Position numbers and translations under genes: made by a program
Part shown: positions 9,265 to 22,579 of the stretch, piece after piece
Layout of the letters: each line of letters begins with the position of its first letter
Position numbering within the stretch: position 1 is the stretch's first letter
Source of the DNA: an uncultured Phycisphaeraceae bacterium
GTDB taxonomy: Bacteria; Planctomycetota; B15-G4; JADJEK01
DNA: 64,000 nt
NCBI GenBank assembly: GCA_964649825.1
Contig: CAZYQW010000147.1
Span: forward strand, 15,217-79,216
Direction: 5' to 3'
Notes under the pieces: generated by a model
The model's input: only the letters and a program-made list of their open reading frames with translations
Told to the model about the DNA's origin: nothing
Databases searched by the model: none

Positions 9265-11972
9265 AGGTCTCGATCGTCATCCCGACCTGGAACGGAGACG
9301 ACGTGGTGGCCGAGTGCCTGCGCGGCGTCTTCGAGCAAGAGGTCGACTTCGAGGTCGAGGTCCTCGTCATCGACTCCTCTTCGAGCGACCGGACTCCCGA
9401 TCTCGCACGCCGGTTCCCGATCCGCGTCCACTCGATCCCGCAGCGCGAGTTCAGCCACGGCGACACGCGCAACCTGGGCGCGCGGATGACGGACGGCGAC
9501 CTGATCGTGTTCCTGGTGCAGGACGCGTATCCGGAGCGACGCGACTGGCTCTGCACCCTGGTCGGGAACTTCGTCGATCCTCTCGTCGCGGGGGCGTTCT
9601 CGCGCGTCGTGCCGCGCCGGAACGCGGGCCCGCTCGTCCGGCGCGGCGTGCAGGGCGACCTCAACTTCGGCGAGGAACGGCTCGAGCGGCAGGTGGCCGA
9701 CCAGGACGAGCTCGCGCGGCTCGATCCTCTGACGAAGCGGATCTTCGCCAACTTCAACGACGTCGCCTCGTGCCTGCGCCGCGACGTCTGGCGGCGCCTG
9801 CCGTTCCCGCGGGTCTCGTTCGGCGAGGACCTGCTTTGGGCGCTCGGCGCGCTCCAGGCCGGATACAAGATCGTCTTCGACCCGGACGCTCCGGTCGTCC
9901 ACTCGCACGAGTACGACCCGAAGACGTTGCGGGCGCGGACCCGGATCGACGGCTGGGTGAACCGCGCGTACCTCGACCGGGTGTGCGTCGCGCGGAGACG
10001 CGACGCGTGGATCATGACGAAGCGCGTGGCGCTCGAGGATCGGCGCTACGTGCGCGGGCTCGACCTGTCTCGCGGCGAACGGCGGCGGCTCGGGTTCCTG
10101 TCGTACTACTACCACTGGCTCGAGTTCCTCGGCGCGTATGAGGGCGGACGGACCAAGGACCGCCTCGTCGCGCCGGTGATCTCCCCCGACCGCCCGTTGA
10201 GGATCCTGTTCGTCGTCCACGGCTTTCCGCCCGAGAGCGTGGCGGGCACCGAGGTGCTCACGCTCGCGCTGGCGCAGGCACACCGCCGCCGGGGCCACCA
10301 CGTCGCGGTCTTCTTCCGCAGCGGCGATCCGGCCGCGGAGGACCACTCGTTGGCCGCGGGCGAGATCGACGGCATGACGACGTACCGCGTCGTGAACCAG
10401 CTCGACTACCGCAGCATCCGCGACACGGTGGCGAACCCGCCGATCGAGGCCCGCTTCCGCGAGGTGCTCGCGCGCGAGCGTCCGGACGTCGTCCACTTCG
10501 AGCACATGATCCACCTGTCGGTCGCGCTGCCGCGGATCTGCCGAGAGGCGGGCGTGGCCGCCGTCGTCACGCTCAACGACTTCTGGTTCCGGTGCGCGCG
10601 CGTCCAGCTCGTCAGGCCGAACCAGAAGCTCTGCAGCGGCCCGCCGCCGATCCTCGGCTGCGCGGCGTGCATCTCGAACGTCCCGGCGCTGGTCGGTCCG
10701 CTGCGCGCGGTCTCGCGTCCGCTGCGCCGGTTGTGCGCGGTGATCGCGCGGCACGCGGCGCCGCTCTTGCCGGCGAAGCCGAAGCACGTGCTGAAGCAGG
10801 CGTCGAACCTCGTCTGGCTGGCGCTGCGGCCGGAGACGATGAACGAGGCGCTGGGCCAGGCGCACTTCATCATCGCGCCGTCGCCGTTCCTGAAGGAGAA
10901 GATGGTGGAGGCGGGGGTGCCGCCCGAACGGATCGTCGTCTCCGACTACGGCATGGAGAATGGATGGCTCGCGCGCTACGAACGCCGCCCTGCCCCCGGC
11001 CGCGTCCGTTTCGGGTTCGTCGGCTCGCTCGTCTGGTACAAGGGGCTCGAGGTGTTGGCGCGCGCGTTCGAACGCATCGACGATCCCCGCGCCGAGCTTC
11101 ACGTCCACGGCGACGATGACGGCCGCCCGGAGTTCGCGGACGTGCGCCGCCGCGCCGAGGCGATCGTGCGGAGGGATGGCCTCCTCTTCCACGGCCGCTA
11201 CGAGCCGGGCCGCATCGGCGAAGTGTTGAGCGGGATCGACGTCCTCGTCGTTCCGTCGGTCTGGTACGAGAACTCCCCGCTCGCGATCCACGAGGCGTTC
11301 CTCGCCCGGATCCCGGTGATCGTGTCGGACCTCGGCGGCATGCGGAACCTCGTCGTGGAAGGGCGGGGAGGAACGCGGTTCCGCGCCGGGGACGACGCCG
11401 ACCTCGCCCGGGTCATGGGCCGCTTCCTCGAGGACGCGACCCTCGCGGACCGCGTCGCCGCCGCGGCTCCCCCGGTGAAGACGACCGACGAGAACGCGGC
11501 CGAGATGGAGGTCAAGTATCGCCAGGCGATCGGGCTCGTCGCCGGCGCGGCCTGCATCACCGCCGTCGACCTGAGGCGGATCGTCGACGAGCGGGGCCTG
11601 GTCGAGGCCGGTCAGGACGGGTCGGTGCGGATCGGTCCGTCGCGGCCCGGCGGTTCCTCGGTCGAATACGCGGTCGACGCGGACGGCGCGATGGACGTCG
11701 AGCTCCGGATCGTGCTGGCGTGCGACCCGGCCGACGCGGCGGCGGAGCAAGGCGTGCAAGTGACGCTGAACGGACGGCGCGTCGCGACGCTGGCCCCGTC
11801 GCGGCCGGCGAGCTCGGGTGCATCGATCCCGGCCCTCGCCCCGGTCTCGCTCCACCGTGGCCGGAATCGTCTCGTCTTGTCGACGTGGAGCCCGAACGGT
11901 GCGGACGCGGCGCTCGCGCGCGTTCGAGCGATCTCGGTCCTTCGAACGCCGGCCGCGCGTCGCCCTGATTGA
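9261..11972 (+). CDS. GT2-GT4 fusion glycosyltransferase with a C-terminal beta-rich domain
   Basis: GT2 part: VSIVIPTWNG, IDSSSSDRT, LVQDAYP. GT4 part: ILFVVHGFPP..VAGTEV, FGFVGSLVWYKG, VPSVWYENSPL. GTG 9261 overlaps the upstream stop (GTGA). Confidence 0.9.
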   Translation: MKVSIVIPTWNGDDVVAECLRGVFEQEVDFEVEVLVIDSSSSDRTPDLARRFPIRVHSIPQREFSHGDTRNLGARMTDGDLIVFLVQDAYPERRDWLCTLVGNFVDPLVAGAFSRVVPRRNAGPLVRRGVQGDLNFGEERLERQVADQDELARLDPLTKRIFANFNDVASCLRRDVWRRLPFPRVSFGEDLLWALGALQAGYKIVFDPDAPVVHSHEYDPKTLRARTRIDGWVNRAYLDRVCVARRRDAWIMTKRVALEDRRYVRGLDLSRGERRRLGFLSYYYHWLEFLGAYEGGRTKDRLVAPVISPDRPLRILFVVHGFPPESVAGTEVLTLALAQAHRRRGHHVAVFFRSGDPAAEDHSLAAGEIDGMTTYRVVNQLDYRSIRDTVANPPIEARFREVLARERPDVVHFEHMIHLSVALPRICREAGVAAVVTLNDFWFRCARVQLVRPNQKLCSGPPPILGCAACISNVPALVGPLRAVSRPLRRLCAVIARHAAPLLPAKPKHVLKQASNLVWLALRPETMNEALGQAHFIIAPSPFLKEKMVEAGVPPERIVVSDYGMENGWLARYERRPAPGRVRFGFVGSLVWYKGLEVLARAFERIDDPRAELHVHGDDDGRPEFADVRRRAEAIVRRDGLLFHGRYEPGRIGEVLSGIDVLVVPSVWYENSPLAIHEAFLARIPVIVSDLGGMRNLVVEGRGGTRFRAGDDADLARVMGRFLEDATLADRVAAAAPPVKTTDENAAEMEVKYRQAIGLVAGAACITAVDLRRIVDERGLVEAGQDGSVRIGPSRPGGSSVEYAVDADGAMDVELRIVLACDPADAAAEQGVQVTLNGRRVATLAPSRPASSGASIPALAPVSLHRGRNRLVLSTWSPNGADAALARVRAISVLRTPAARRPD

Positions 11973-12021
11973 CGCATCCTCTACGTGATTCCCGTGGTGC
12001 GACCGGCTACGATCCCGCGCC

Positions 12022-13182
12022 GTGTCCCGCATGAAGAACAGCCTCCCCGACGCCGCCGTGATCGTGCCGAACTGGAACGGGCGCGCCCACCTGGACGCGT
12101 GCTTCCGATCGCTCGATCAGCTCGCCTACGCCGGGCGCGTCGAGTTCGTGCTCGTCGACAACGGCTCGAAGGACGATTCCGTGGCGTGGATCGAGCGGCA
12201 GCATCCTCGGGTGCGGGTGCTCCGGAATCGGTTCAACGAGGGGTTCGCCAAGGCGTGCAACGACGGCGTCCGCGCCGTCGACGCCGACGTGGTCGCGTTC
12301 GTGAACAATGACATGCGCGTCGACCCGAGCTGGCTCTCCGGGTTGGTCGAGGGGATGAACGACGAGTACCGGTGCACCGGCTCGCTCATCCTCTCGTTCG
12401 ACGGGCGCGAGGTGAACTACGGCGGCGGGGGCATGAACTTCCACGGCCTCGGCATCCAGCTCGGGCTCGGCTCGACCGACGTCGACCGGTACCGCGAGCC
12501 CGGCGACACTCTGTTCGCGTGCGGCGGCGGAATGGCGATCGACCGGCGGCTCTTCCTCGACGCCGGCGGGTTCGACGAGCGGTACTTCGCCTACTACGAG
12601 GACGTCGACCTGGGCTGGCGCCTCTGGGTGCTCGGCCAGAAGGTCCGCTACTGTCCGGCCTCGGTCGCGTATCACCATCACTCCGCCACGTCGTCCCGCG
12701 TCGACGTGCACCGCATCCGGCGGCTTCAGGTGCGGAATCCGCTTTTCACGATCTTCAAGAACTACGACGACGACAACCTCAAGCGGGCGCTGCCGGCCGC
12801 GCTCCTCATCTCGCTGCGGCGGACGAAGTACATGCTCGCCGCGAACGAGAGCGGCTACTCCCTCGAGTGGGGGCGCGGGATGCGCGGCGGCCCGTTCGCG
12901 AGCCTGCGGAGCCGCATCCTCTCCAAGCGGTTCAAGGCCCGCGTCGCGCGGGCGGGGGTCGCCGACGTGCTCGCGTACAACGACCTCCTGGACGGGTTCG
13001 CGACGCTCGTCGAGGAACGGCGATCGATCCAGTCGCGGCGGGCGCGCCCCGACGTCGAGATCGTGGGGTTGTTTCGAGACCCGTTCTGGACGGCGGAGAA
13101 GCCGGCGGCGTACGCGGAGCTGCAAGACGATCTTTGCCGGTTCTTCGGTCTCGATGAGGTTCTCGGCCGATCGAGCCGATAG
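12022..13182 (+). CDS. Glycosyltransferase family 2
   Basis: VIVPNWNG, VDNGSKD, NEGFAKACN, FVNND and GGFDERYFAYYEDVDLGWR. Alternative start ATG 12031. Confidence 0.9.
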   Translation: MSRMKNSLPDAAVIVPNWNGRAHLDACFRSLDQLAYAGRVEFVLVDNGSKDDSVAWIERQHPRVRVLRNRFNEGFAKACNDGVRAVDADVVAFVNNDMRVDPSWLSGLVEGMNDEYRCTGSLILSFDGREVNYGGGGMNFHGLGIQLGLGSTDVDRYREPGDTLFACGGGMAIDRRLFLDAGGFDERYFAYYEDVDLGWRLWVLGQKVRYCPASVAYHHHSATSSRVDVHRIRRLQVRNPLFTIFKNYDDDNLKRALPAALLISLRRTKYMLAANESGYSLEWGRGMRGGPFASLRSRILSKRFKARVARAGVADVLAYNDLLDGFATLVEERRSIQSRRARPDVEIVGLFRDPFWTAEKPAAYAELQDDLCRFFGLDEVLGRSSR

Positions 13183-13234
13183 AATTCCGGGCTTTGTCGT
13201 CGAGCCCTCGAGGAGTGGAGCGAGCCGGTCCGGA

Positions 13235-13957
13235 ATGAAGCTCTCGGTCGTCATCCCCGTCTACAACGAGCGTGACACGATCCGTTCCGTCCTGGACAGG
13301 GTCGCCTCGACCCCGTTCGACAAGGAGATCGTGGTCGTCAACGATTGCTCCACCGACGGCACCAAGGAAGTGCTCGAGGCGTATCGGCGGGACGACGTCG
13401 AGATCCGCGTCTTCCATCACGACGTCAATCAGGGGAAGGGCGCCGCGCTCCGCACCGGCTTCGAGCAGGTGAAGGGCGACATCGTGATCATCCAGGACGC
13501 CGACCTCGAGTATTCGCCCGACGACTATGGCAAGCTCGTGAAGCCGATCGAGGACGGTCTCGCCGACGTCGTGTTCGGGTCGCGCTTCCTCGGCGGCCCG
13601 CACCGCTGCCACCTGTTCTGGCACTACGTCGTGAACAAGGGGCTGACGTTGATCTCCAACGTGTTCACCAACCTGAACATCAGCGACATGGAGACCTGCT
13701 ACAAGGTCTTCCACGTCGACGTCGCGCGGCGGCTGAAGATCGAGAGCAACCGCTTCAACGTCGAGCCCGAGTTGACCGCGAAGGTCGCGAAGATGCGCTG
13801 CCGCGTCTATGAGGTGCCGATCTCGTATCACGGCCGCGACTACTCCGAGGGGAAGAAGATCGGCTGGAAGGACGGCTTCCAGGCGATCTGGTCGATCCTG
13901 CACTTCAACCTGTTCCGCACGGGGCCGGAGCCGCTGCCGCACCGGCGGAAGAAGTAG
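13235..13957 (+). CDS. GT2, polyprenol-phosphate/DPM-synthase-like glycosyltransferase
   Basis: MKLSVVIPVYNE, VNDCSTDGT, NQGKGAALRTG, IIQDADLEYSP and SDMETCYK. Confidence 0.9.
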   Translation: MKLSVVIPVYNERDTIRSVLDRVASTPFDKEIVVVNDCSTDGTKEVLEAYRRDDVEIRVFHHDVNQGKGAALRTGFEQVKGDIVIIQDADLEYSPDDYGKLVKPIEDGLADVVFGSRFLGGPHRCHLFWHYVVNKGLTLISNVFTNLNISDMETCYKVFHVDVARRLKIESNRFNVEPELTAKVAKMRCRVYEVPISYHGRDYSEGKKIGWKDGFQAIWSILHFNLFRTGPEPLPHRRKK

Positions 13958-14129
13958 TCGGCGCGCCGCGTTCGGCGCGCGCGGTGCAGCGCGACGACGA
14001 GCCGGCCCCGCCCCGTGCCCGTGTTCACGCAGCGTCGCTCGTGGTCGAGCTCGAGCCGCTTCGCCGTGCCTCCCGTTCACGGGCGAAAACCGCTCAATCT
14101 CCCTGCCCTCCGTCGTCGATACCGAATCC

Positions 14130-14648
14130 ATGGTTCAGACGGTGGCAGGAAAACCCTGGCGGCGGTTTGCCGTCGTGCTCGTCCTCCTCCTCGCGGTGGC
14201 GGGGATCCTGGAGGCGCCGCTCCTCACGTTCTACCGGATCTCGGGGAACTCGATGCTGCCGTCGTTCACCGACGGGGACCGCGTGCTCGTCACGACGTTC
14301 AGCGACGTCGACGTCGGGGACGCCGTGATCGCGCGGTTCGCCGGCGAGACGCTGATCAAGCGCGTCGTGGCGGGACCGGGCGACACGATCGAGGTCTTCT
14401 GCGGCACGTTGATCCGCAACGGGCACCTGGCGAACGGAGTCGCGCCCGGCGCGTACCGCGACCGTTCGTGCGAGCCGCCCCGCCGGCTCGGGCCGGAAGA
14501 GTACTTCCTGCTCGGCGACAACCGCCGCGTGTCGGTCGACAGCCGTTCGTTCGGACCGGTCACGAGCGACGACATCGTGGGGAAGGTGATCTATCGCTGG
14601 TTCGACGCGCACCGAGCGACGCCGGTGACCGCGGCCGAGAGGCGCTGA
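14130..14648 (+). CDS. lepB: Signal peptidase I (S26)
   Basis: One N-terminal TM; SGNSMLP (catalytic Ser), LIKRVVA (catalytic Lys) and LGDNRRVSVDSRSFG. Confidence 0.9.
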   Translation: MVQTVAGKPWRRFAVVLVLLLAVAGILEAPLLTFYRISGNSMLPSFTDGDRVLVTTFSDVDVGDAVIARFAGETLIKRVVAGPGDTIEVFCGTLIRNGHLANGVAPGAYRDRSCEPPRRLGPEEYFLLGDNRRVSVDSRSFGPVTSDDIVGKVIYRWFDAHRATPVTAAERR

Positions 14649-14755
14649 GCCGGCCGCGTTTCCCCCTTGTGATCCCGCCTCCGCGTTGACACGATCCGGT
14701 CGCGAGGCGCCGGCGGCAGGCGCGAGCGCTCCCACCGGGCGGGCGGGCCGGATCG

Positions 14756-17875
<3,120 letters not shown>

Positions 17876-17896
17876 GCGGTTGCGCTCGGAGCGCCG

Positions 17897-20548
17897 TCAA
17901 CGCGGCGCGACGACGACCACCCGTTCGTCGTCCGGTCCGCGGCGGTCGCGCACCTGGATCGCGTCCGGTCCGCCGGCCACGACAGTGACGACGCGGCCGC
18001 CGGCGAACCGGACGACGGTCGCGTCCGGACCGACCTCGATGGCCGGTGCCGGGTCCGACGCGCCGGGCGGCAACGGCAGAAGGAGCGTCACGAAGCGCGC
18101 CGACGGCCCGGCCCGGGTGTGCGTGATCGTCGTGGTCGGCACCGGAGCGGGAGCCTTCTTGTCGACGTGCCAGCCGAGGCGCTCCGGCTCGAGCTGCGCC
18201 GACGCGACGGCGACGTCGAGCCCGTCGCGGACGAGCGGGATCACCGCGAGGTTCGAGAGGCCGTCGTCGGTGGTGCGGACGACGCCGAATCGATCCGCGA
18301 TCGTGCGCGTCGTCTTCACGTGCCAGCGCGCCTGATAGGCGTGCGGCGCGTCGTCCTTCGACTCGACCGCGTCGACGACGACGAACAGGTCCGGCTTCAC
18401 GAACAGCACGCCGCGGCGATGCCGGGCGATCGGCTCGCCGGGCGCCTCGGCCGCGCGCGGGCTGTCGTCGTAGCCGTCATCGTAGGTCGCGGCCGCGAAG
18501 TCGCGAACGTCATCGGTCTCCCAGCGGACGTCGACCGGCCGCGCCGAGATCGCGTCCGCGTCGCGCGCCCGCGAGCGACGCTGGCCGAGGCCGTCCACGA
18601 CCACGGAGTTGTGCGACAGCGTGTCGACGGCGTACTCGCGCCAGGGGCTCTGCGCGTACCGCCCGCCGCCGCCGTCGTACAAGATCTCGCGACCGTACGA
18701 CCAGAGCACGAGATGGAGCTTGTCCTGGTGGACGTGGTGGCTGCCGAGCGGCCCGGCGTCGAGCACGGCGAAGTTCGCCGTCGTCTCCCAGCTCGAGCGC
18801 ATCACGCAGAAGCCCGCCCACGGGAAGAGGTGCGACGTCACGGCCGGCCGCGAGCCCTCGCGGCCGCCGCTGGCCGCGAAGAGGAAGTCGGCGCGGTGGG
18901 GGAAGAGTCCGTCGCCGTGCTCGGCGAGGAAGCGGGCGCCGTTCGGCTGGCCCGAGTCGTTGAACGCGGGAAGCTTTCCGTCCGGCGCCATGAACCAAAG
19001 GTTGACGGCGAACGCGTTCTCGAGCCGCGTCGGGATCGGCCCGACCTCGTCGGCGAAGCCGTAGCGAGCCGCGTTCTGATAGAGGGCGAGGATCCCCTTC
19101 AGCGTCGCGTTCTGGTACGTCGGACTCAGCTCGCGCGTGAACCCGTCGTCGTAGAAGACCACCTCGGCCGTCTTCCGGATCTTCTTGGCCGCGCGGCGCC
19201 GCCAGTCGCGCGCCTCGCGGAACTCGGGGAAGACGCAGCCGATCGTGTGCAGCGCGAACAGCTCGGTCGACTGGTGGTTGCTCGCGCCCTTGCTGTAGTT
19301 CGCGTGCAGGTGGCGTGCGTGCTCGAGCGACGACTTCAGGTAGTCGACGAGGTCGTCGTCGGTCACCGCGGGGGAGCGACGGAACGCGAAGAACGCGTCG
19401 GGCCAGCTCCGCTTCATTCGCGCCGCGGTCGAGAGCATCTCCCACTGGGCCGACTGGTAGCGCTTCTTCGGCTCCGGGTCGTACGGGCAGCTTGCGATCC
19501 AGCGCCGGAGCTGCGCGGCCCACGCCGCGGCGAACCGCTCGTCGCTCGTCGCCCGGTACGCCGCGGCGAGGGTCGACCAGAACGGCATGTGGTTCAGGTG
19601 GTTCTCCCACTGGCGGTTGTAGTCGACGTTCGGGAGGTGGCGCGTCGGGTTGAACGTCCAGTCGATCGGGCCGTCGAAGCGGTGCGTGACGTGGACGAGC
19701 GTGATCTCTCCGGCCGCGATCCGCTCGGCGGCGGCGAGGAGATCGGCCTCGTCGAGGACGATGCCCTCCGCGTCGATCTCCTCGGTCTCCTCGACCTCTT
19801 CGCCGTCGTCGTCCTCGACGGCATCGTCGTTCGGAGCGGCCGCGTAGCTCCATTCACGGTCGACGTCGCGCAGGTAGCGCGCGATCGCGGCGCGGATCGC
19901 GGTCGAGCCGCGGGCGGCCGCGATCGGGGCGAGCTCCGGACGGGTCAGGTCGAGCGCCGCCGCGAGCTCCTCGTCGGTCACGAGCGGTCCCCGGGTCGCG
20001 GCGTCGACGAGATCGAGCGCCGCGAATCCAAGCTCGGCTCCCGGGCCCGCGCCGCGCGGCCGCAGCTCGAATCCGGTGACGCGGTCGAAGCCGCGCGGCG
20101 CGCCGACCGCGGACATCGCGGCCCGGCGGAGCACGACGCGCCGCGGTCCGCGGAACCCGAGGTCGACGACGGCGGCGTAGCCGTCGCGCCCGGGAGTCGC
20201 CGGGTCGTCGCTCTCGATGAGGACCTCGAGCTCACGGTCCGTCGGCGCCGCGTGGTCGAGGTAGAAGCGGACCGCGTCGTGCGAGGTCCAATCGGCGGGC
20301 GGCGACCGCCACCGCACCGCGGCGGTCGTCCCGTCGTCGATGGCGATTCCGACCCATTGGTGGACGCGCCGCGTGCCGGTCGCCCCGTCCCAGTCCGCGG
20401 GATCGTCGCCCGTCGAGAGGGGGCGTCGCGAGGCGCGTTCTTCGGCGGCCGGTTCGTCGCGGCGGCACGCGCCGACCCCGACGACGCAGACGATGCAGAC
20501 GGCGGCGAGCGTGACGGCCGACCCGACGGCGAGGAGAGTTCGATGCAC
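17897..20548 (-). CDS. Heparinase II/III-family polysaccharide lyase, probable lipoprotein
   Basis: Hydrophobic N-terminus ending VGAC; LNHMPFW..LAAAY, NH..TEL, ELSPTYQ, H.HQDKLHLVL...GREILYDGG and TLSHNSVVVDG. Confidence 0.8.
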   Translation of the reverse strand: MHRTLLAVGSAVTLAAVCIVCVVGVGACRRDEPAAEERASRRPLSTGDDPADWDGATGTRRVHQWVGIAIDDGTTAAVRWRSPPADWTSHDAVRFYLDHAAPTDRELEVLIESDDPATPGRDGYAAVVDLGFRGPRRVVLRRAAMSAVGAPRGFDRVTGFELRPRGAGPGAELGFAALDLVDAATRGPLVTDEELAAALDLTRPELAPIAAARGSTAIRAAIARYLRDVDREWSYAAAPNDDAVEDDDGEEVEETEEIDAEGIVLDEADLLAAAERIAAGEITLVHVTHRFDGPIDWTFNPTRHLPNVDYNRQWENHLNHMPFWSTLAAAYRATSDERFAAAWAAQLRRWIASCPYDPEPKKRYQSAQWEMLSTAARMKRSWPDAFFAFRRSPAVTDDDLVDYLKSSLEHARHLHANYSKGASNHQSTELFALHTIGCVFPEFREARDWRRRAAKKIRKTAEVVFYDDGFTRELSPTYQNATLKGILALYQNAARYGFADEVGPIPTRLENAFAVNLWFMAPDGKLPAFNDSGQPNGARFLAEHGDGLFPHRADFLFAASGGREGSRPAVTSHLFPWAGFCVMRSSWETTANFAVLDAGPLGSHHVHQDKLHLVLWSYGREILYDGGGGRYAQSPWREYAVDTLSHNSVVVDGLGQRRSRARDADAISARPVDVRWETDDVRDFAAATYDDGYDDSPRAAEAPGEPIARHRRGVLFVKPDLFVVVDAVESKDDAPHAYQARWHVKTTRTIADRFGVVRTTDDGLSNLAVIPLVRDGLDVAVASAQLEPERLGWHVDKKAPAPVPTTTITHTRAGPSARFVTLLLPLPPGASDPAPAIEVGPDATVVRFAGGRVVTVVAGGPDAIQVRDRRGPDDERVVVVAPR

Positions 20549-20731
20549 CGGACGAGGACCTCCGTCACCGGCCGCGCGCGAATCGCGGGCGGGACCCGCA
20601 GACGGCGCGGAGGATACCGAATCGCCGGAACTCCTCCCTCATCTTGCGTTTGAGCGAGGCGGCCGGCCGCCTCGATTCGCCGGCGTGGCGCAGGCCGTGC
20701 ATGTCGTCGGGATTGTGCTAGATTCTGTCAC

Positions 20732-22318
20732 GTGCGGACGCAGCTCATCCACCCCCCGGTCTACCTCAACGTCCACGCCATGACGGCCTTGCGGCCGAGC
20801 ATGCCGTTGGGGCTCGCCTACATCGCGGCGACCCTGGAGCAGGCCGGCCACTCGGTCTCGGTCATCGATGCGGTGGCCGAGGCGCCCGACCGCGTCACCA
20901 GCGATGGTCAGCTCCACCGTCTCGGCCTCTCGCCCGATGAGATCGCGGACCGGATCGCGCCCGACACCGAGGTGATCGGCGTCACCAATATGTGGACGTT
21001 CTCCTGGCCGCTGGTGCGCGACATCCTCCGCACGTTGAAGCACCGGCACCCGGACAAGGCCCTGATCTGCGGCGGCGAGCACTTCACCGGGCTGCCCCGG
21101 CTGTCGATGGAGCAGGCGCCGATCGATTACATCGTCCTCGGCGAGGGCGAGGAGACGATCGTCGAGCTGATGCGGACGCTCGAGAGCGGCGAGCGCGACC
21201 CGGGCGACATGCCGGGGGTGGCGTTCCGGCGCGACGGCGAGATCGTCCTGAACGAGCGTCGGGCGCGCGTGACGGCGGTCGACGCGCTGCCGTGGCCCGC
21301 GTGGGATCGGTTCGACCTCCGCGCGTACAACGAGCACGCGCTCCTGAACGGGGTGAACGCCGGCATGACGGTGCCGATCCTCGCCACGCGCGGTTGCCCG
21401 TACCAATGCACGTACTGCTCGTCGCCCGGCATGTGGACGACGCGCTGGTACCCTCGCGACCCGGTCGACGTCGCGGACGAGATCACGCACTACGTCAAGA
21501 CGTACGGTGCCCGCAACTTCCCGTTCCAGGACCTGACCGCCATCATCAAGAAGGACTGGATCGTCACGTTCTGCAACGAGATCATCCGCCGCAAGCTCGA
21601 CATCGTGTGGCAGTTCCCCTCCGGCACGCGCTGCGAGGTGATCGACGACGAGGTCGCGGAGCTCCTGCAGAAGTCCGGCGGCCGCCACCTCGCGTTCGCG
21701 CCCGAGAGCGGTTCCGAGCGCACGCGCAAGCTGATCAAGAAGCGGATGACGACGCAGGGCCTCTTCAACGCGGTCGAGGCGTCGGTCCGTCACAAGCTGA
21801 ACATCACTGCGTTCCTCGTCATCGGCTTCCCGCACGACACGAAAGAGGACATCCAGGAGACGGTCCGGTTCGTGCGGACGCTCGCGAAGAAGGGGATCGA
21901 CGACATCGCAATCGGCTTCTACTTCCCGATCCCCAACACCGAGATCTACCGGTTGCTCGTCGAGCAGGGCCGCGTCGACTATTCCGACAAGTGCCTGATG
22001 ACGCCGATCTTCGCGAACGACGAGAAGCTGCGGCCCGAGAACAACTACTGCGAGCACCTCACCGCGCGCCAGCTCACGCGGACGAAGTACTGGCTCCTGT
22101 TGAACTTCTACGGCCTGTCGCTGCTCCATCACCCCGGTCGATTCTTCAAGATGTTCGTCAACGTCGTCCGCGGTCGGGAGACACGGAAGATGGAGACGTT
22201 CCTGATCGAGCTGAAGCGCAAGTCGCTGCTCTGGGTGCGGAGCAAATTCCGCCGCGCCGAGCCGCCCGAGTCGACGCCCGCGTCTGAACCGGATCGGGAG
22301 AAGGCGGCGGTCTCCTGA
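20732..22318 (+). CDS. B12-binding-domain radical SAM protein
   Basis: PLGLAYIAATLEQAGHSVSVIDA, ICGGEH, TRGCPYQCTYC (CxxxCxxC) and ESGSER. GTG start. Confidence 0.9.
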   Translation: MRTQLIHPPVYLNVHAMTALRPSMPLGLAYIAATLEQAGHSVSVIDAVAEAPDRVTSDGQLHRLGLSPDEIADRIAPDTEVIGVTNMWTFSWPLVRDILRTLKHRHPDKALICGGEHFTGLPRLSMEQAPIDYIVLGEGEETIVELMRTLESGERDPGDMPGVAFRRDGEIVLNERRARVTAVDALPWPAWDRFDLRAYNEHALLNGVNAGMTVPILATRGCPYQCTYCSSPGMWTTRWYPRDPVDVADEITHYVKTYGARNFPFQDLTAIIKKDWIVTFCNEIIRRKLDIVWQFPSGTRCEVIDDEVAELLQKSGGRHLAFAPESGSERTRKLIKKRMTTQGLFNAVEASVRHKLNITAFLVIGFPHDTKEDIQETVRFVRTLAKKGIDDIAIGFYFPIPNTEIYRLLVEQGRVDYSDKCLMTPIFANDEKLRPENNYCEHLTARQLTRTKYWLLLNFYGLSLLHHPGRFFKMFVNVVRGRETRKMETFLIELKRKSLLWVRSKFRRAEPPESTPASEPDREKAAVS

Positions 22319-22579
22319 AGGCGGCGCTCCGTTCGGTCACGCGGGCGACTTCATCCTGGGCTTTCAGCATCGAGATCGACCTCACCCGCCGGCCCGACCG
22401 CGCGGTGATCATGCGGGACCTGGCGCGCGACGGCTCGACGGCCCGGCGACAACGTTCGCCGCCGACCCGTCGTTCCCCTCCGGCCGGCGCGGCGCGCGTG
22501 TTTACCACTCCGTGACACGGGATGGTGATCACACGCGCAGAATGACGAGCATCGTTTCCTTCGAACTCGGAGGGCACAA

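Noticed and set aside
20732-22318. B12 radical SAM as a tailoring enzyme for the MNIO peptide
   Set aside because: It lies 18 kb away on the opposite strand, has no RRE or SPASM features, and belongs to a family common near glycan and lipid genes.
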